From: an uncultured delta proteobacterium
GTDB lineage: Bacteria > Desulfobacterota > Binatia > Bin18
Length of the DNA stretch: 64,000 nt
NCBI GenBank assembly: GCA_963733195.1
Contig: CAVTCR010000070.1
Coordinates: 32,001 to 96,000, forward strand
Reading direction: 5' to 3'
Shown: positions 30,601 through 40,356 of the stretch, one piece after another
Numbering within the stretch: position 1 is the first letter of the stretch
Layout of the letters: each line of letters starts with the position of its first letter
Made by a program: the position numbers and the translations under genes
Notes under the pieces: generated by a model
Seen by the model: the letters and a program-made list of their open reading frames with translations, nothing else
Told to the model about the DNA's origin: nothing
Databases searched by the model: none

Positions 30601-32625
30601 TTGGGCGGCGTCATTGCAGCGCACGACACTCTGCTGAAGGACATCGAGTTGGGGCAAGGTCTTATTGTGAAACTCTTGGTTTCCAAGCCGTGGACAGGCG
30701 CTATGCAGCTGTGCAAGAAACTCTTTGTCAAGACAATCTGGAGTCTGTAGAAGCACTGACGACGCTTTTGTCAACGCTGGAACTTCTGAAAGGCGGTGGT
30801 GTAGCGCTCTGATCTGCGCAGTAGTTGATTCCGAGAGGAAATGGGACCAAAGGTGTGAGGAAATTTTCGGTGGAGGAGACGTATTGAGGATCTGGTGCAG
30901 TGTGATGACCGCCTGCAGTTGGGCTATGCTGCACGAAATCGACGATCCCTCTCCAAAGAATGAGTCGATAGATTGCTGTCCCTCGGTGGCAGCGGTGTTG
31001 AGGCGTTCCAGTATGTGAGGAACACCTCGTAAATCTGCCTCAAAAGCATTGCGTAGGTCGATGCCATTCCATGCTTGGCAGACCGTTTGGGGGAGTCCCT
31101 GCCACAATTCTCCTGCCTCGTGTATCAGTCGTGCTCGTTCTTCAATCTGACTGCGGGTCAACAACGGAAACTCACCTTGCCGAGGTTCTGGAAACTCGAG
31201 ATTTGCAAGGGTGCGGTATCGAGATGTACGAAAGGCGGCCTTAAAGAAAGGTTCTTGATCTGGGCCTATAGGCGTTTGTGCTGCTTCTGTGTACGAAAGA
31301 AGACGCGATCTTTCCTGGGTGAGGTTTGCTTCCTGTTCTTTAATATCCCGAGGCTCTGGAAACCGTTTGTGAAGTCGACGCTCTAGTTGTCGATGAAGTT
31401 GTCCTTTGTTTGTCCCCAATGAATGCAGTTCCAGTACGAAATCTCCAAGTCCGCACCGGTCCAAGCGGTTTTTGACGACTTCAAGTGCAGCACTTTTCTC
31501 TGCTACAAAGAGGAGACTCTTGCCGCTTGCTAAAGCGGCAGCAATAAGATTGGTAATCGTTTGGGATTTTCCCGTACCAGGGGGGCCATGAATGACGAGA
31601 TTCTTCCCCTCCGTCAGGGCATCGATCAGGGCTGAATGCTGTGAGCTATCAGCATCCATCACTAACTGGATCTCATGTGCGTGCTGGTGACGATCAACGT
31701 TATAGATTTCCGCTAATTGCAAATCGATGTGGTTGTCTGAGCGTGCTTCAGTATCCCCGAGTAATTTTGACACAAGTGAGTGCTCAACGGGATGCTGAGT
31801 TTCTGGTCCGTGGTTTTGGTTGAGCTCGCGATACATCAGCAACTTAGAAAAACTAAAAAGGTCTATCACCATCTCTCGTACGATGCGCCAACGCGGATAG
31901 GGAAGTACTTTCTCGGATACTTGTGAAAAGTACTCTTCTGGATCACATTCTGAATCAAACTCAGGCAGGTCAATGCGAAAGTCCTGAGCCATCTTTTCTG
32001 CAAGAGACAAATTGGTCTCAATATCCTCTTCACTGTAATTGATCGAGTACTGAAACGTATCGGTCCACGGGTCATGATTTCCTTTGTGGATTTCAAGAGG
32101 GACAAGAATGAGGGGCGCACGCGACGGTTCAGCGGAATCGTCGGATTCGAACCACTCCAAGAACCCGATGGCCAGATGTAGAAAATTTGTTCCTTTCTCC
32201 TCAAGGGCAGTCCGTGCTGCGGTATAAATGGTCGAACAGCGTCGTTCGAGTTCTTTCGGATTGAATGGAGTCTGTAGGAGATCATCCAAATGTTTGGGAT
32301 CAATGACTTCGCTAGGTCTAGGCAATTCTTGGGAGACATATGTAGAGAGATCTTGGTCTTCGACAGTTGCGAGTTGCCCTCTACGAGTAGGTATGAGTGC
32401 TCGATTCGACGGGTCTTGGGATTCTTCGATGGCAGTCAAGGTGAAGCGGCGGCCAGCTAACAAAGGGTGAAAGGTTGCAGAAGGAAGTTCATCGATGATT
32501 TTGATACTTCGTTTTGGAAACCGGTAGTTTAAGAGTGGATTACGTCTGGAGAGATCGAGGAGTCGTCTTCGGAGGCGGTCAAGACTTTCCTTAAGACCTT
32601 GCTTACCAGAAACTTGCTCGTTCAT
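27631..32625 (-). CDS. DUF4011-SF1 helicase-Vsr-like nuclease (Hhe-like anti-phage protein)
   Basis: LLDLSRRNPLLN, GPPGTGKSQT, DEASQ, WHYRS, VQGDERE, GIECDGATYHS...RDRLRQEILE. Confidence 0.8.
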   Translation of the reverse strand: MNEQVSGKQGLKESLDRLRRRLLDLSRRNPLLNYRFPKRSIKIIDELPSATFHPLLAGRRFTLTAIEESQDPSNRALIPTRRGQLATVEDQDLSTYVSQELPRPSEVIDPKHLDDLLQTPFNPKELERRCSTIYTAARTALEEKGTNFLHLAIGFLEWFESDDSAEPSRAPLILVPLEIHKGNHDPWTDTFQYSINYSEEDIETNLSLAEKMAQDFRIDLPEFDSECDPEEYFSQVSEKVLPYPRWRIVREMVIDLFSFSKLLMYRELNQNHGPETQHPVEHSLVSKLLGDTEARSDNHIDLQLAEIYNVDRHQHAHEIQLVMDADSSQHSALIDALTEGKNLVIHGPPGTGKSQTITNLIAAALASGKSLLFVAEKSAALEVVKNRLDRCGLGDFVLELHSLGTNKGQLHRQLERRLHKRFPEPRDIKEQEANLTQERSRLLSYTEAAQTPIGPDQEPFFKAAFRTSRYRTLANLEFPEPRQGEFPLLTRSQIEERARLIHEAGELWQGLPQTVCQAWNGIDLRNAFEADLRGVPHILERLNTAATEGQQSIDSFFGEGSSISCSIAQLQAVITLHQILNTSPPPKISSHLWSHFLSESTTAQIRALHHRLSEVPALTKASSVLLQTPDCLDKEFLAQLHSACPRLGNQEFHNKTLPQLDVLQQSVVRCNDAAQRLLSCRAAAQEVLGTEPSYLHDFEKLLALAELCEKMPALVEHAFESAWLRPDAIQKLNQAEETSQKLASRLREMQKKFDTEFVPGPQKLRLMAKRLQIIHTQWFGRLRSEYRALRKELLPVLRNPKEVQDRALAGRLEELAGLLDEVRRFAEDTSMKAALGTAFKGVDTDWPALRSAVSWAGKFTQTIEDSFLSQDLLANRETTATKVSRLRGQLPQPITVLRERLAECGLGTHSESPLALIQQLLLEQARLLEETLPILRRAQLPRPTTVEQVSIATTAMRKLLDMKQELEAMQDLPAVLGPYWQGLDTDTSSLIQALSWLTSIQAMQIEPALLSWFVSGPAGPRTHEVGDIANTTKRFVSVLEESLQQLERWGGVDLANWIAKEETSYTFQDIIHACERCLATTASLNRWSEFCRVTARLQDYGHTDLLRLIRKRSLSPERVASYFRALAYEAIARQAVQANPELANFTRVAYERTIREFQRIDRELNGLRGQYIASNIAKRPIPAGIGTGPVRTLTNRGLIENELSKKTRHIPIRQLVRRAGKALQAIKPCFMMSPLSVAQYLPPGQIEFDLVLMDEASQVKPEDALGAILRGKQVVIVGDPKQLPPTTFFEQLSDGEEDDGERIAAEETESILEIAQRTFANRTLLWHYRSQHPSLIAFSNSQFYNNELLLFPSPYAQHHEFGVQVHWIENATYKNSRNFVEALQVAQAVRTHLSEQPEVSLGVATMNSQQRDLILAEIERLQKADGRFDVALRQQEERDEPFFVKNLENVQGDEREVIFISTTYGRDPETQRVYQRFGPIARDKGWRRLNVLFTRARRRIELFTSLKPSDIVLGENPSRGVVAFRNYLAFAETGQIVEIGLDSGRSPDSDFEIDVATLLISHGYQVEAQVGVAGFFIDIGVKDPQDAGTYILGIECDGATYHSAKSVRDRDRLRQEILEAKGWKIHRIWSTDWFKNRESEIQRLLSVVANAARTPRKLERAIAS

Positions 32626-32695
32626 TTAGTCCCTGCCCCCAAACAGATTCTCTATACATTCTAGAGCTGCTCCTGGAGCAAAATCTACTTAATAC

Positions 32696-33820
32696 CTCAC
32701 CTTACGCGACAGGGAGCGAAAAAGGTATAGCCTCGCGCATATGAAACAACAACCGATAGCCGATTTGTATTCCGATTACTTGCTGGCCTCGTTTGGGGCG
32801 ACGACAGCCACGGGGCTGAGCGAACTGCTGGAAGGGGAAGTCAGCCATGATCAAGTGACCCGGTACTTGGCGGGGACGAAGAAAACCGCGACCGATCTGT
32901 GGCAGACCGTCAAGTCCTTTGTTCGGGAGGTACAATCTGCGGAAGGGGTGTTGATCCTTGACGACTCGATCGAGGAGAAGCCGTACACCGACGAGAACGA
33001 GATTGTCTGTTGGCACTACGATCACTCCAAAGACCGGATGCTCAAAGGGATCAATTTCCTGACGGCGCTGTATAGCAGCCAAGGGGTGAGTGTCCCGGTG
33101 GGCTTCCACTTGGTGGCCAAGACCAAGACGTATATCGACCCCAAGACACAGAAGGAGAAGCGGCGCAGTCCCGTGTCCAAGAATACCGTGTGTCAGGAAC
33201 TGATCAAACAGGCGGTGCGCAATCGCATTCCCTTTCGCTTTGTCCTCTTCGATGTGTGGTTCGCCTCGGCCGAAACCATGGTCTTCCTCAAACAGCGACA
33301 GCGCCGCGACTTTATCTGTCCCCTCAAGACCAATCGCAAGGTCGCCTTGAGTCAGGCCGATAAGCAGCAGGGCCGCTATGTCAGAGTGGACACCCTGGAG
33401 TTGGAAGCGCACGCCACCACGATCGTCTATCTCGAAGGAGTCGACTTTCCGTTGGTGCTCGTTAAGCAAGTCTTCACAAACGAAGACGGCAGCATCGGCA
33501 TTCGCTATCTAGTCTCCAGTGATACCACCGTGTCGTTTGCGGATCTGACCACGACCTACCACGAACGGTGGGGAGTGGAATGTTATCATAAGTCGCTCAA
33601 ACAGAACGTCTCGTTAGCCAAGTCGCCGACACAAACGGTTACGACGCAAACTAATCACTTCTTCGCCGCTCTGTGCGGCTTTATCAAATTGGAGCGGTTG
33701 AAAGGGAAAACCCAGCTCAATCATTTTGCCTTGAAGGCTAAACTCTATCTCAACGCCCTCCACTCGGCGTTCACTACCTTACGGACACTAACGCCTGTAC
33801 AGGGCGCCGCGTAAGGTGAG
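32696..33820 (+). mobile_element. IS701-family insertion sequence (1125 bp)
   Basis: Perfect 13-bp TIR ctcaccttacgcg / cgcgtaaggtgag; 7-bp direct repeat TTAATAC at 32689-32695 and 33821-33827. Confidence 0.9.
32741..33814 (+). CDS. IS701-family transposase
   Basis: SHDQVTR, LILDDSIEEKP, LFDVWF, YHERWGVECYHKSLKQ; intact ORF. Confidence 0.9.
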   Translation: MKQQPIADLYSDYLLASFGATTATGLSELLEGEVSHDQVTRYLAGTKKTATDLWQTVKSFVREVQSAEGVLILDDSIEEKPYTDENEIVCWHYDHSKDRMLKGINFLTALYSSQGVSVPVGFHLVAKTKTYIDPKTQKEKRRSPVSKNTVCQELIKQAVRNRIPFRFVLFDVWFASAETMVFLKQRQRRDFICPLKTNRKVALSQADKQQGRYVRVDTLELEAHATTIVYLEGVDFPLVLVKQVFTNEDGSIGIRYLVSSDTTVSFADLTTTYHERWGVECYHKSLKQNVSLAKSPTQTVTTQTNHFFAALCGFIKLERLKGKTQLNHFALKAKLYLNALHSAFTTLRTLTPVQGAA

Positions 33821-34000
33821 TTAATACTGCCAGTATCGCACAATTGTGATTACCCTTTAGAAGGCTCGTGTCATTATGTCGGACCTCTTTCTGCGTACTG
33901 TTTTCATGTTCCCCTGGTCTCTCTTCTATCCGCATCAGGGTAACCCTATTCGACATACACACCTCTAATGCGTATAGTTTTCTACAAGGAGAACGACTGT

Positions 34001-34249
34001 ATGCATGAACGTATCAACATTACTCTACCGGAGGAGACGATCCGACTCCTCGATCACGCTGCTCCAAACGGCTCTCGGAGTCGGTTCATTGACCAGGCTA
34101 TCAAGCATTTTATTAGGACTGAGTCACGCAAACAGTTGAAAGACCGAATCAAGAAGGGAGCTATCGCCAGAGCCGAGCGGGATCTCGGACTTGTGGAGGA
34201 GTGGTTTACGATGGAGGAGGAAGCATGGCAGCCCAAGGGCAAAAAGTAG
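34001..34249 (+). CDS. RHH/CopG antitoxin
   Basis: [10 protein letters not shown]...[10 protein letters not shown]; overlaps the toxin. Confidence 0.8.
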   Translation: MHERINITLPEETIRLLDHAAPNGSRSRFIDQAIKHFIRTESRKQLKDRIKKGAIARAERDLGLVEEWFTMEEEAWQPKGKK

Positions 34250-34602
34250 CTGCACCCAGACGCGGCGAGGTGTACCTCGTCAATTTTGATCCGACTCTAG
34301 GGGCCGAAATTCAGAAAACGCGGCCTGCGATGATTCTGCAAAACGATATTGCTAATCGGCACAGTCCGATCACTATGGTCGCTGCCATTACCTCCAAGTT
34401 CGATAACACTCTCTATCCCACCGAAGTCTTGATTCACCCACCGGAAGGGGGGCTCACGGTTGCATCGGTCGTGCTGCTCAACCAGGTACGTTCGATCGAC
34501 AAGCGGCGACTCGTCAAGCGGCTGGGTGCACTGAAGCCAGCTACGATGCGCCAGGTCGAACAGGCACTGCTTATCAGCTTTGGGATCGTCAAAATATCGT
34601 GA
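34225..34602 (+). CDS. mazF: MazF/PemK endoribonuclease toxin
   Basis: [23 protein letters not shown]...[10 protein letters not shown]. Confidence 0.9.
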   Translation: MAAQGQKVAAPRRGEVYLVNFDPTLGAEIQKTRPAMILQNDIANRHSPITMVAAITSKFDNTLYPTEVLIHPPEGGLTVASVVLLNQVRSIDKRRLVKRLGALKPATMRQVEQALLISFGIVKIS

Positions 34603-34723
34603 CGAAAAACAGAGACGGAGCTCGAATCAAATCTGGGCTTCTAGTTCCTGGATTTTGCTACGCTCCATCCAGACTACAGAACTTGTTGTGATCGAGAGGT
34701 GTTAGCTAACTACTTCGCGATGT

Positions 34724-35341
34724 TTACAGAAACAAATCATTCGCCGGCATCGTCCAACCTGGGACTGCTGGCTCGGCTTCGGCAACTTCGCCACTGTGGT
34801 AGATAGTTGGATGCTCGAGGCTACTGGCGCGATAAACTCGTACAACTTCATCACTCAACAGATCGACATCCCACACAACGAGTGTTCCAGCGGCGAAATA
34901 ATCCGCTCGTTTTCGTGCGAGTGCTCGCTCTGCCCGCGGTCCATAATCTCGCTCGCTTCTGACTTCGACAGCAAACACTGGTGCGCCTTCGAAGAATTTC
35001 ATTCCCGGAGAAGGGCCAACATAAAACGCAGCGTCAGGGCTGAACGATTTCCGACGGGGAAGGTTTACTCGAAACGCCTTGTTATCTCCTACCGCATATC
35101 CACGTCCGGTACGCCGAGCATATTCTCGTAAAGAGACGAAAATTTCATCTCCAGCAAATCCAGGCGTTCCACCAGTCGGCGCTAGGTGAAGAATCTTTCC
35201 ATTTACCAGTTCTGCCTTTCCTGGCGTACGGGAAAGATCCTCAATTGTCGCTTCATGAGGAGGTGGAGACGGAGCAGTATACGAGCGGGCTTCTTTCACA
35301 CGCGACCTCCAGGTGCTTGCATAAACTTGCCGCTTGTTCAC
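34724..35341 (-). CDS. Uma2-family endonuclease
   Basis: KAELVNG, SPDAAF, AVEVRS, YFAAGTLVVW. Confidence 0.85.
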   Translation of the reverse strand: MNKRQVYASTWRSRVKEARSYTAPSPPPHEATIEDLSRTPGKAELVNGKILHLAPTGGTPGFAGDEIFVSLREYARRTGRGYAVGDNKAFRVNLPRRKSFSPDAAFYVGPSPGMKFFEGAPVFAVEVRSERDYGPRAERALARKRADYFAAGTLVVWDVDLLSDEVVRVYRASSLEHPTIYHSGEVAEAEPAVPGWTMPANDLFL

Positions 35342-35742
35342 TCCCCATAATACCGCGCTTCGATTTCATTTCCTTCTGGGTCATGGAAATAGATCGACGT
35401 ACCATTACCGCGAGCACCCCAGCGGGGAAGGGGGCCCTCGATCGCGACGTGGTGTGCTTCCAGCCGCGCACAGAGTTTGCTCCATTCGCTCTTCTCTAAG
35501 GTTAAACAAAAGTGATTGAGGTTACGTCGTCCCATAGAGCGAGGACTCGTACGCTCCCACATCGCTTTCGGGGAAATATCGATAAGCGTGTTCTCGTTAA
35601 TGCGGACAGAGGGAAAGAGCACTTTTCCTTGACGAAACTCTTCGACGCGCTCCGGCGCCAATTCAACTACATCAGTGTAGAACCGTACCAACGCTTCGAC
35701 GTCTTCTGCATTGAGAACGATATGATCCATAATGCCTTGCAT
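35338..35742 (-). CDS. VOC/glyoxalase family protein
   Basis: DHIVL, NHFC, YFHDPEGNEIE. Confidence 0.85.
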   Translation of the reverse strand: MQGIMDHIVLNAEDVEALVRFYTDVVELAPERVEEFRQGKVLFPSVRINENTLIDISPKAMWERTSPRSMGRRNLNHFCLTLEKSEWSKLCARLEAHHVAIEGPLPRWGARGNGTSIYFHDPEGNEIEARYYGE

Positions 35743-35884
35743 ACTGCGCCTCCCTGTCGACTGTCGTGTGTTTGTCTTAGCCCACTGCTACAGTTTTCTG
35801 CAACTATACTCTGCTTGACCCACGTCAGATCTCTCTTATACAGTACCCTCGCTTTTACTGAATACACTACGAGAGGAGACGGCA

Positions 35885-36661
35885 ATGAAAATCATTCCGA
35901 TCCCTGTTTTAGCGGATAATTATGCGTATTTACTGATTGATGAGGCAACTAAAGAAGCTGGTGTGGTTGATCCTTCAGAAGCTGGTCCAGTGGCAGAAGC
36001 GGTCAAACGCGAAGGTGTGAAGTTTACGGCTATCATCAATACGCATCATCATTGGGATCATGTGGGTGGTAACGAAGAATTGGTCAAGGAATTTCCTGGC
36101 CTCAAGGTGTACGGCCATAAACGAGATAAAGACCGTACCCCAGCGATCACCAATCTCGTCGATGAAGGGGATACGCTCCAGATTGGTAAACTCACTGCGC
36201 GTTTTCTCTTTATCCCGTGCCATACCAACGGCCACGTGGCGCTCCATTTTCCGCAAGAGAAGGCGGTCTTTACTGGCGATACGCTTTTTGTTGCTGGTTG
36301 TGGTCGCCTGTTTGAAGGAACCGCGACGGATATGCATAACAACATGGTGAAGCTCATGTCCTTGCCGGATGATACTCGTGTGTATTGTGGGCATGAATAC
36401 ACCGTGAAAAATCTGCAATTCGCTCTGACATTAGAGCCGCAGAACGCCAAGATCCAAGCCAAGCTGCAATGGGCACAGGATCTGCGTGCGAAGAAAACGC
36501 CGACCGTGCCATCGACTGTCGCCGAAGAGAAAGAGATCAATCCGTTCGTGCGAGTCAGTAATGCTGAGTTGCAAGCGAATGTGAAGAAGCAATTCCCTGA
36601 GATCACGCTTGATCCAGTGTCGGTGTTGGCGAAAACGCGACACTTGAAGGATAATTTCTGA
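35885..36661 (+). CDS. gloB: Hydroxyacylglutathione hydrolase (glyoxalase II)
   Basis: DNYAY, THHHWDH, PCHT, TGDTLF, CGHEYT. Confidence 0.92.
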   Translation: MKIIPIPVLADNYAYLLIDEATKEAGVVDPSEAGPVAEAVKREGVKFTAIINTHHHWDHVGGNEELVKEFPGLKVYGHKRDKDRTPAITNLVDEGDTLQIGKLTARFLFIPCHTNGHVALHFPQEKAVFTGDTLFVAGCGRLFEGTATDMHNNMVKLMSLPDDTRVYCGHEYTVKNLQFALTLEPQNAKIQAKLQWAQDLRAKKTPTVPSTVAEEKEINPFVRVSNAELQANVKKQFPEITLDPVSVLAKTRHLKDNF

Positions 36662-36681
36662 CGAGGAATGTGGTTGCGGAT

Positions 36682-36760
36682 CGCGTGTTGCGTGTTACGT
36701 GATGCGTGAAACGTGGAGGTAAGACCTGAGACTTTTGTAACACGCAATACGCACCACGCA
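36682..36760. repeat. Inverted heptamer tracts (CGTGTTG / CAATACG-like)
   Basis: cgcgtgttgcgtgttacgtgatgcgtga ... gtaacacgcaatacgcaccacgca. Confidence 0.7.
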
Positions 36761-36805
36761 GTATGGTCCACGCTTCTGCTCTCCTGACGAACGAAAGGAA
36801 ATGGC

Positions 36806-37759
36806 ATGTCCGCGACAACGAAATTCGGTATTGGCCTACCGAACGGATTCCCGCGCAGTGAAGTAAACTCAACCGAGTATCTTGAGGTTGCCACGAAAGC
36901 TGAAGAGTATGGATATGACTCTGTATGGGGCGGGGATCACATTGTGTTCCACATTCCTCGGTTCGAGATTTTTACTACATTAGCAGCGGTAGCCGCACGC
37001 ACGACACGCATTCATCTTGGCCCAGCAGTGTTGCTTTTGCCGTTGCGGAATCCGGTGCACGTCGCGCAGGCCGTTGCTACGCTTGATCATATTTCAGGCG
37101 GACGGTTCATCTTTGGTGTCGGCGTTGGTGGTGAGCATCCCAAAGAATTTATGGCATCGGGCGTACCAGTCAAAGAGCGCGGAGCGCGAACGAATGAAGG
37201 CTTAGAAGTCTTGCGCCTACTGTGGACGGGAGAGCCGATCGCATTCACGGGAAAGTATTACCGCTTTGACGCGATCGCTATGTTGCCCACGCCCTTGCAG
37301 CGACCACATCCACCAATTTGGGTCGGGGGGCGAAGCGAGGGCGCCTTGCGACGAACCGTAAAGTATGGACAAGCCTGGGCTCCTGCTTTTGTGACGCCAG
37401 AGCGTTTTCTGCAAGGGAGAGCGCGACTTGACGAGTTATGTCGTGAAGGTGGACGTGATCCTAAAGAGGTGGAGTCGGCCGTCTATTGCTTTGCCAATGT
37501 AGGAACAAGTCGAGAGGCGGCATGGGCGGAAGCCGGTGCATTCTTAAGCAGCAATTACAACATTCCTGCTGCGCCATTTGAACGCCTTGCATCCATGGTA
37601 CCCCAGAGGACTGTATCACTCACACCCGACGCTTTATTGATGCCGGTGCTGAACATATTGTTGATTCGCTTTGCGAGCCCAAACCCAGTGCAACAACTGG
37701 AACGATGGACAGAAGGATGTGATGCCAGGGTTACGGTGAAAAAGAACGTAATTCCGTGA
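36806..37759 (+). CDS. LLM-class (F420-type) oxidoreductase (3' indels)
   Basis: GYDSVWGGDH, TLDHISGGRFIFGVG, PPIWVGG. Confidence 0.85.
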   Translation: MSATTKFGIGLPNGFPRSEVNSTEYLEVATKAEEYGYDSVWGGDHIVFHIPRFEIFTTLAAVAARTTRIHLGPAVLLLPLRNPVHVAQAVATLDHISGGRFIFGVGVGGEHPKEFMASGVPVKERGARTNEGLEVLRLLWTGEPIAFTGKYYRFDAIAMLPTPLQRPHPPIWVGGRSEGALRRTVKYGQAWAPAFVTPERFLQGRARLDELCREGGRDPKEVESAVYCFANVGTSREAAWAEAGAFLSSNYNIPAAPFERLASMVPQRTVSLTPDALLMPVLNILLIRFASPNPVQQLERWTEGCDARVTVKKNVIP

Positions 37760-37788
37760 CGCGTGTTGCGTGGAACCTGGAACGAGTA

Positions 37789-38232
37789 ATGAATCGGAGA
37801 TTATCTTTCCCTTACTGGCTACTGGTTACTGGTTACTGGCTACTTTTTCCCGTCTTGCGCGCTTTTCGATAACACAAAACTGGAACAACAAAAGGCTGAA
37901 ATCGAGCGACTGAAGCAAGAGACCGCGCAGCTCAAGGCTGAAGCAGACGCGTTGCAGCAGAGCGTGAAAAAGAAGAAAAAGAACGGATTGCATGCAATCA
38001 AGCCTTTTCCTCTTTTGACGCGGCACGCAAGGCGACGAATGATGAAGAGGCGATCTCCCGATATCGCGAGGGACTTGACCTGTGCCCGAGCGATGAAGTT
38101 GCGCACAATGAGTTAGGGGAAGTATATTCGCGCGCAGGACGACCTGCGGACGCCCGTGCCGAGTTTGAAGCGGCACTGAAGCTCAATCCCAACTTTGCCC
38201 GAGCGCAGAAGAATTTGGATACGTTGCGGTAA
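37789..38232 (+). CDS. TPR/coiled-coil lipoprotein (indels; missing from the ORF track)
   Basis: Stitched: MNRRLSFPYWLLVTGYWLLF..PSC ALFDNTKLEQQKAEIERLK...AHNELGEVYSRAGRPADARAEFEAALKLNPNFARAQKNLDTLR*. Confidence 0.6.
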
Positions 38233-38434
38233 TACACCGCAGAAGTTGCGTAAATTGCCGCGGTGAGGATGCGGGAAATGTCGCTATTCGATCTACCGCA
38301 ATCCACAAACAGGACGTACCGTTACAGTGCTCGTCATCGCGAGATCAAAGACACTATCGTTATCACTATATGTGAGAAAATCAACATATCTCGCCCGGAG
38401 TGACATGCACGACTGGCCACGCCAGGAGTGACTC

Positions 38435-39250
38435 TTAGCGATGTTGGATTGCAAGACCTGGCTCTTCCTTTATTGAGACTATACTGCTTGGGGATGTCTG
38501 CTCAGTACGTTCGCCGTTCAACAACAATTTCCCGGAATAAGGAATCGCTCCGGCATATTGGGGGAGAGGCGATGGGAGCCCGTTTCCTGCGTGGGCGCGG
38601 GATTGCAGCGTGAGTTGTGAGCCCCACAAGCGGGCAAGATTCTTCTCTGTGTTGTTAAATGTGAAATCATGGCTCGATACTAATCTGGCTAAGCTGGAGT
38701 CAAGCAGCCACCCGCCGCTTGGTGCAAAGACGACTCGTCGTTGCACGTCATACATGGCAATTTCTTTCCCACTACGAAAACTTTCCGGTTTGGTGAAGTC
38801 GCGTGTCGCTTGGGGATCGAAAAAGAAGCGTAACGTCCCTTGGCTTTCGATGAGAAGGGCGGGGGGATTTTGTTGTATATCGACTACTATTCCTTCGATA
38901 ACAAAAGTGACGATCGCTGATGACTCATTTTCAGCAGATTGTAGTGTGGTGCGAGGAAGCGCTTCGATCTCAGACAAGTATCCGTAGGCAAGGAACGGGG
39001 CTCCTTCGACTGCACGACCGCCGAACAACACCCATGATGAAAACCGGGCGAGTGCGGGACTCTCTTGTGTCGTGCTATCCTCGGCCTGAGCCTTCTGCGT
39101 TTCCCAACTAGTGAGAAAGAAGAGTGCAACGCTTAATGCCAGGAGTGTGGCAGTACGCGGAGTCCTCCGAAGCATCTGTACACGGTTAGAATCTACCCGC
39201 ATTCGTGCGCAATCCTGTTGTGATCGCTCGCTACGAACGGTACAACACAC
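38435..39250 (-). CDS. Hypothetical secreted protein
   Basis: Long ORF downstream of pdhB with signal-like segment LLALSVALFFL; true start probably 39202 or later. Confidence 0.55.
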   Translation of the reverse strand: MCCTVRSERSQQDCARMRVDSNRVQMLRRTPRTATLLALSVALFFLTSWETQKAQAEDSTTQESPALARFSSWVLFGGRAVEGAPFLAYGYLSEIEALPRTTLQSAENESSAIVTFVIEGIVVDIQQNPPALLIESQGTLRFFFDPQATRDFTKPESFRSGKEIAMYDVQRRVVFAPSGGWLLDSSLARLVSSHDFTFNNTEKNLARLWGSQLTLQSRAHAGNGLPSPLPQYAGAIPYSGKLLLNGERTEQTSPSSIVSIKEEPGLAIQHR

Positions 39251-40212
39251 TTTTTACCGCGTTTATTACCTTCTCTGTATTCGGAAACACCAAATGTTCT
39301 AGATTTTTTGCGTATGGCATCGGTACGTCTTCGCCAGTGACACGCGTTACCGGAGCATCAAGATAGTCAAATGCGCTACTCATAATGCGGTGCGAGATTT
39401 CAGCTCCGGCTCCGGCAAACGGCCAACCTTCTTCAACAATGACACAACGACTGGTCTTTTTAACAGAACGGAGGATCAGAGCTTCATCCAGTGGACGGAT
39501 CGTGCGAGGGTCAATAATTTCGACCTCAATTCCGCCTTTTGCCAATTCAGTGGCTGCTTCTAACGCGACAGCGACCATCTTTGACCACGCAACAATGGTG
39601 ACATCTTTTCCTTCGCGTTTTACGTCGCCTTTGCCAAGCGGTATCGTATATTCTTCTTCTGGAACTTGGCCTTTGCGGCCATAGAGCAATTCACCTTCAA
39701 TGAAAACAATCGGATTCTCATCGCGAATGGCGGATTTCAATAGTCCTTTAGCATCATACGGTGTCGCTGGTGCTACAACTTTCAAGCCTGGGACGTACGC
39801 GTACAGACTCTCAACTGCTTGTGAATGCTGGGCCGCCAAGTTGATGAGCCGCACCGCCGGGACCGCGAAAAACGATCGGCAGCGATAACTGCCCACCAGA
39901 CATATAGCGCAATTTTGCAGCATTATTGACGAGTTGGTCATAGGCGCATAACGAGAAGTTCCACGTCATGAACTCGATGATTGGCCGCAGGCCAACCATC
40001 GCTGCACCAATGCCAATCCCCGCAAATCCGGTTTCAGCGATCGGCGTATCGACTACTCGACGCTCACCAAAACGATCAAGCAGACCTTCTGAGACCTTGT
40101 AGGCGCCGTTGTAATAGCCAACTTCTTCGCCCATTAAAAACACGCGCTCGTCGCGTTCCATTTCTTCACTCATTGCTTCACGAAGAGCTTCACGGTAGGT
40201 AATTTCGCGCAT
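39231..40212 (-). CDS. pdhB: Pyruvate dehydrogenase E1 beta (single frameshift near 39830, likely sequencing error)
   Basis: [36 protein letters not shown]. Confidence 0.9.
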
Positions 40213-40356
40213 ACTTAAATCCTCGTAAACCTGGAAACGTACAGCCTGAAAATGGACCTCCTATTTCACACCTTACGTGTTACGTGAAAAAGGAATCATG
40301 CTCCATTCTTCAGGCCTCGTTACGCACATGACTCATTACTAGTTATTCATTACGAT

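Noticed and set aside
39811-39941. Programmed frameshift or pseudogenisation of pdhB (also hsdR, hsdM, RAYT, EamA)
   Set aside because: Single-base indels are scattered through many genes including housekeeping ones; sequencing/polishing error is more parsimonious
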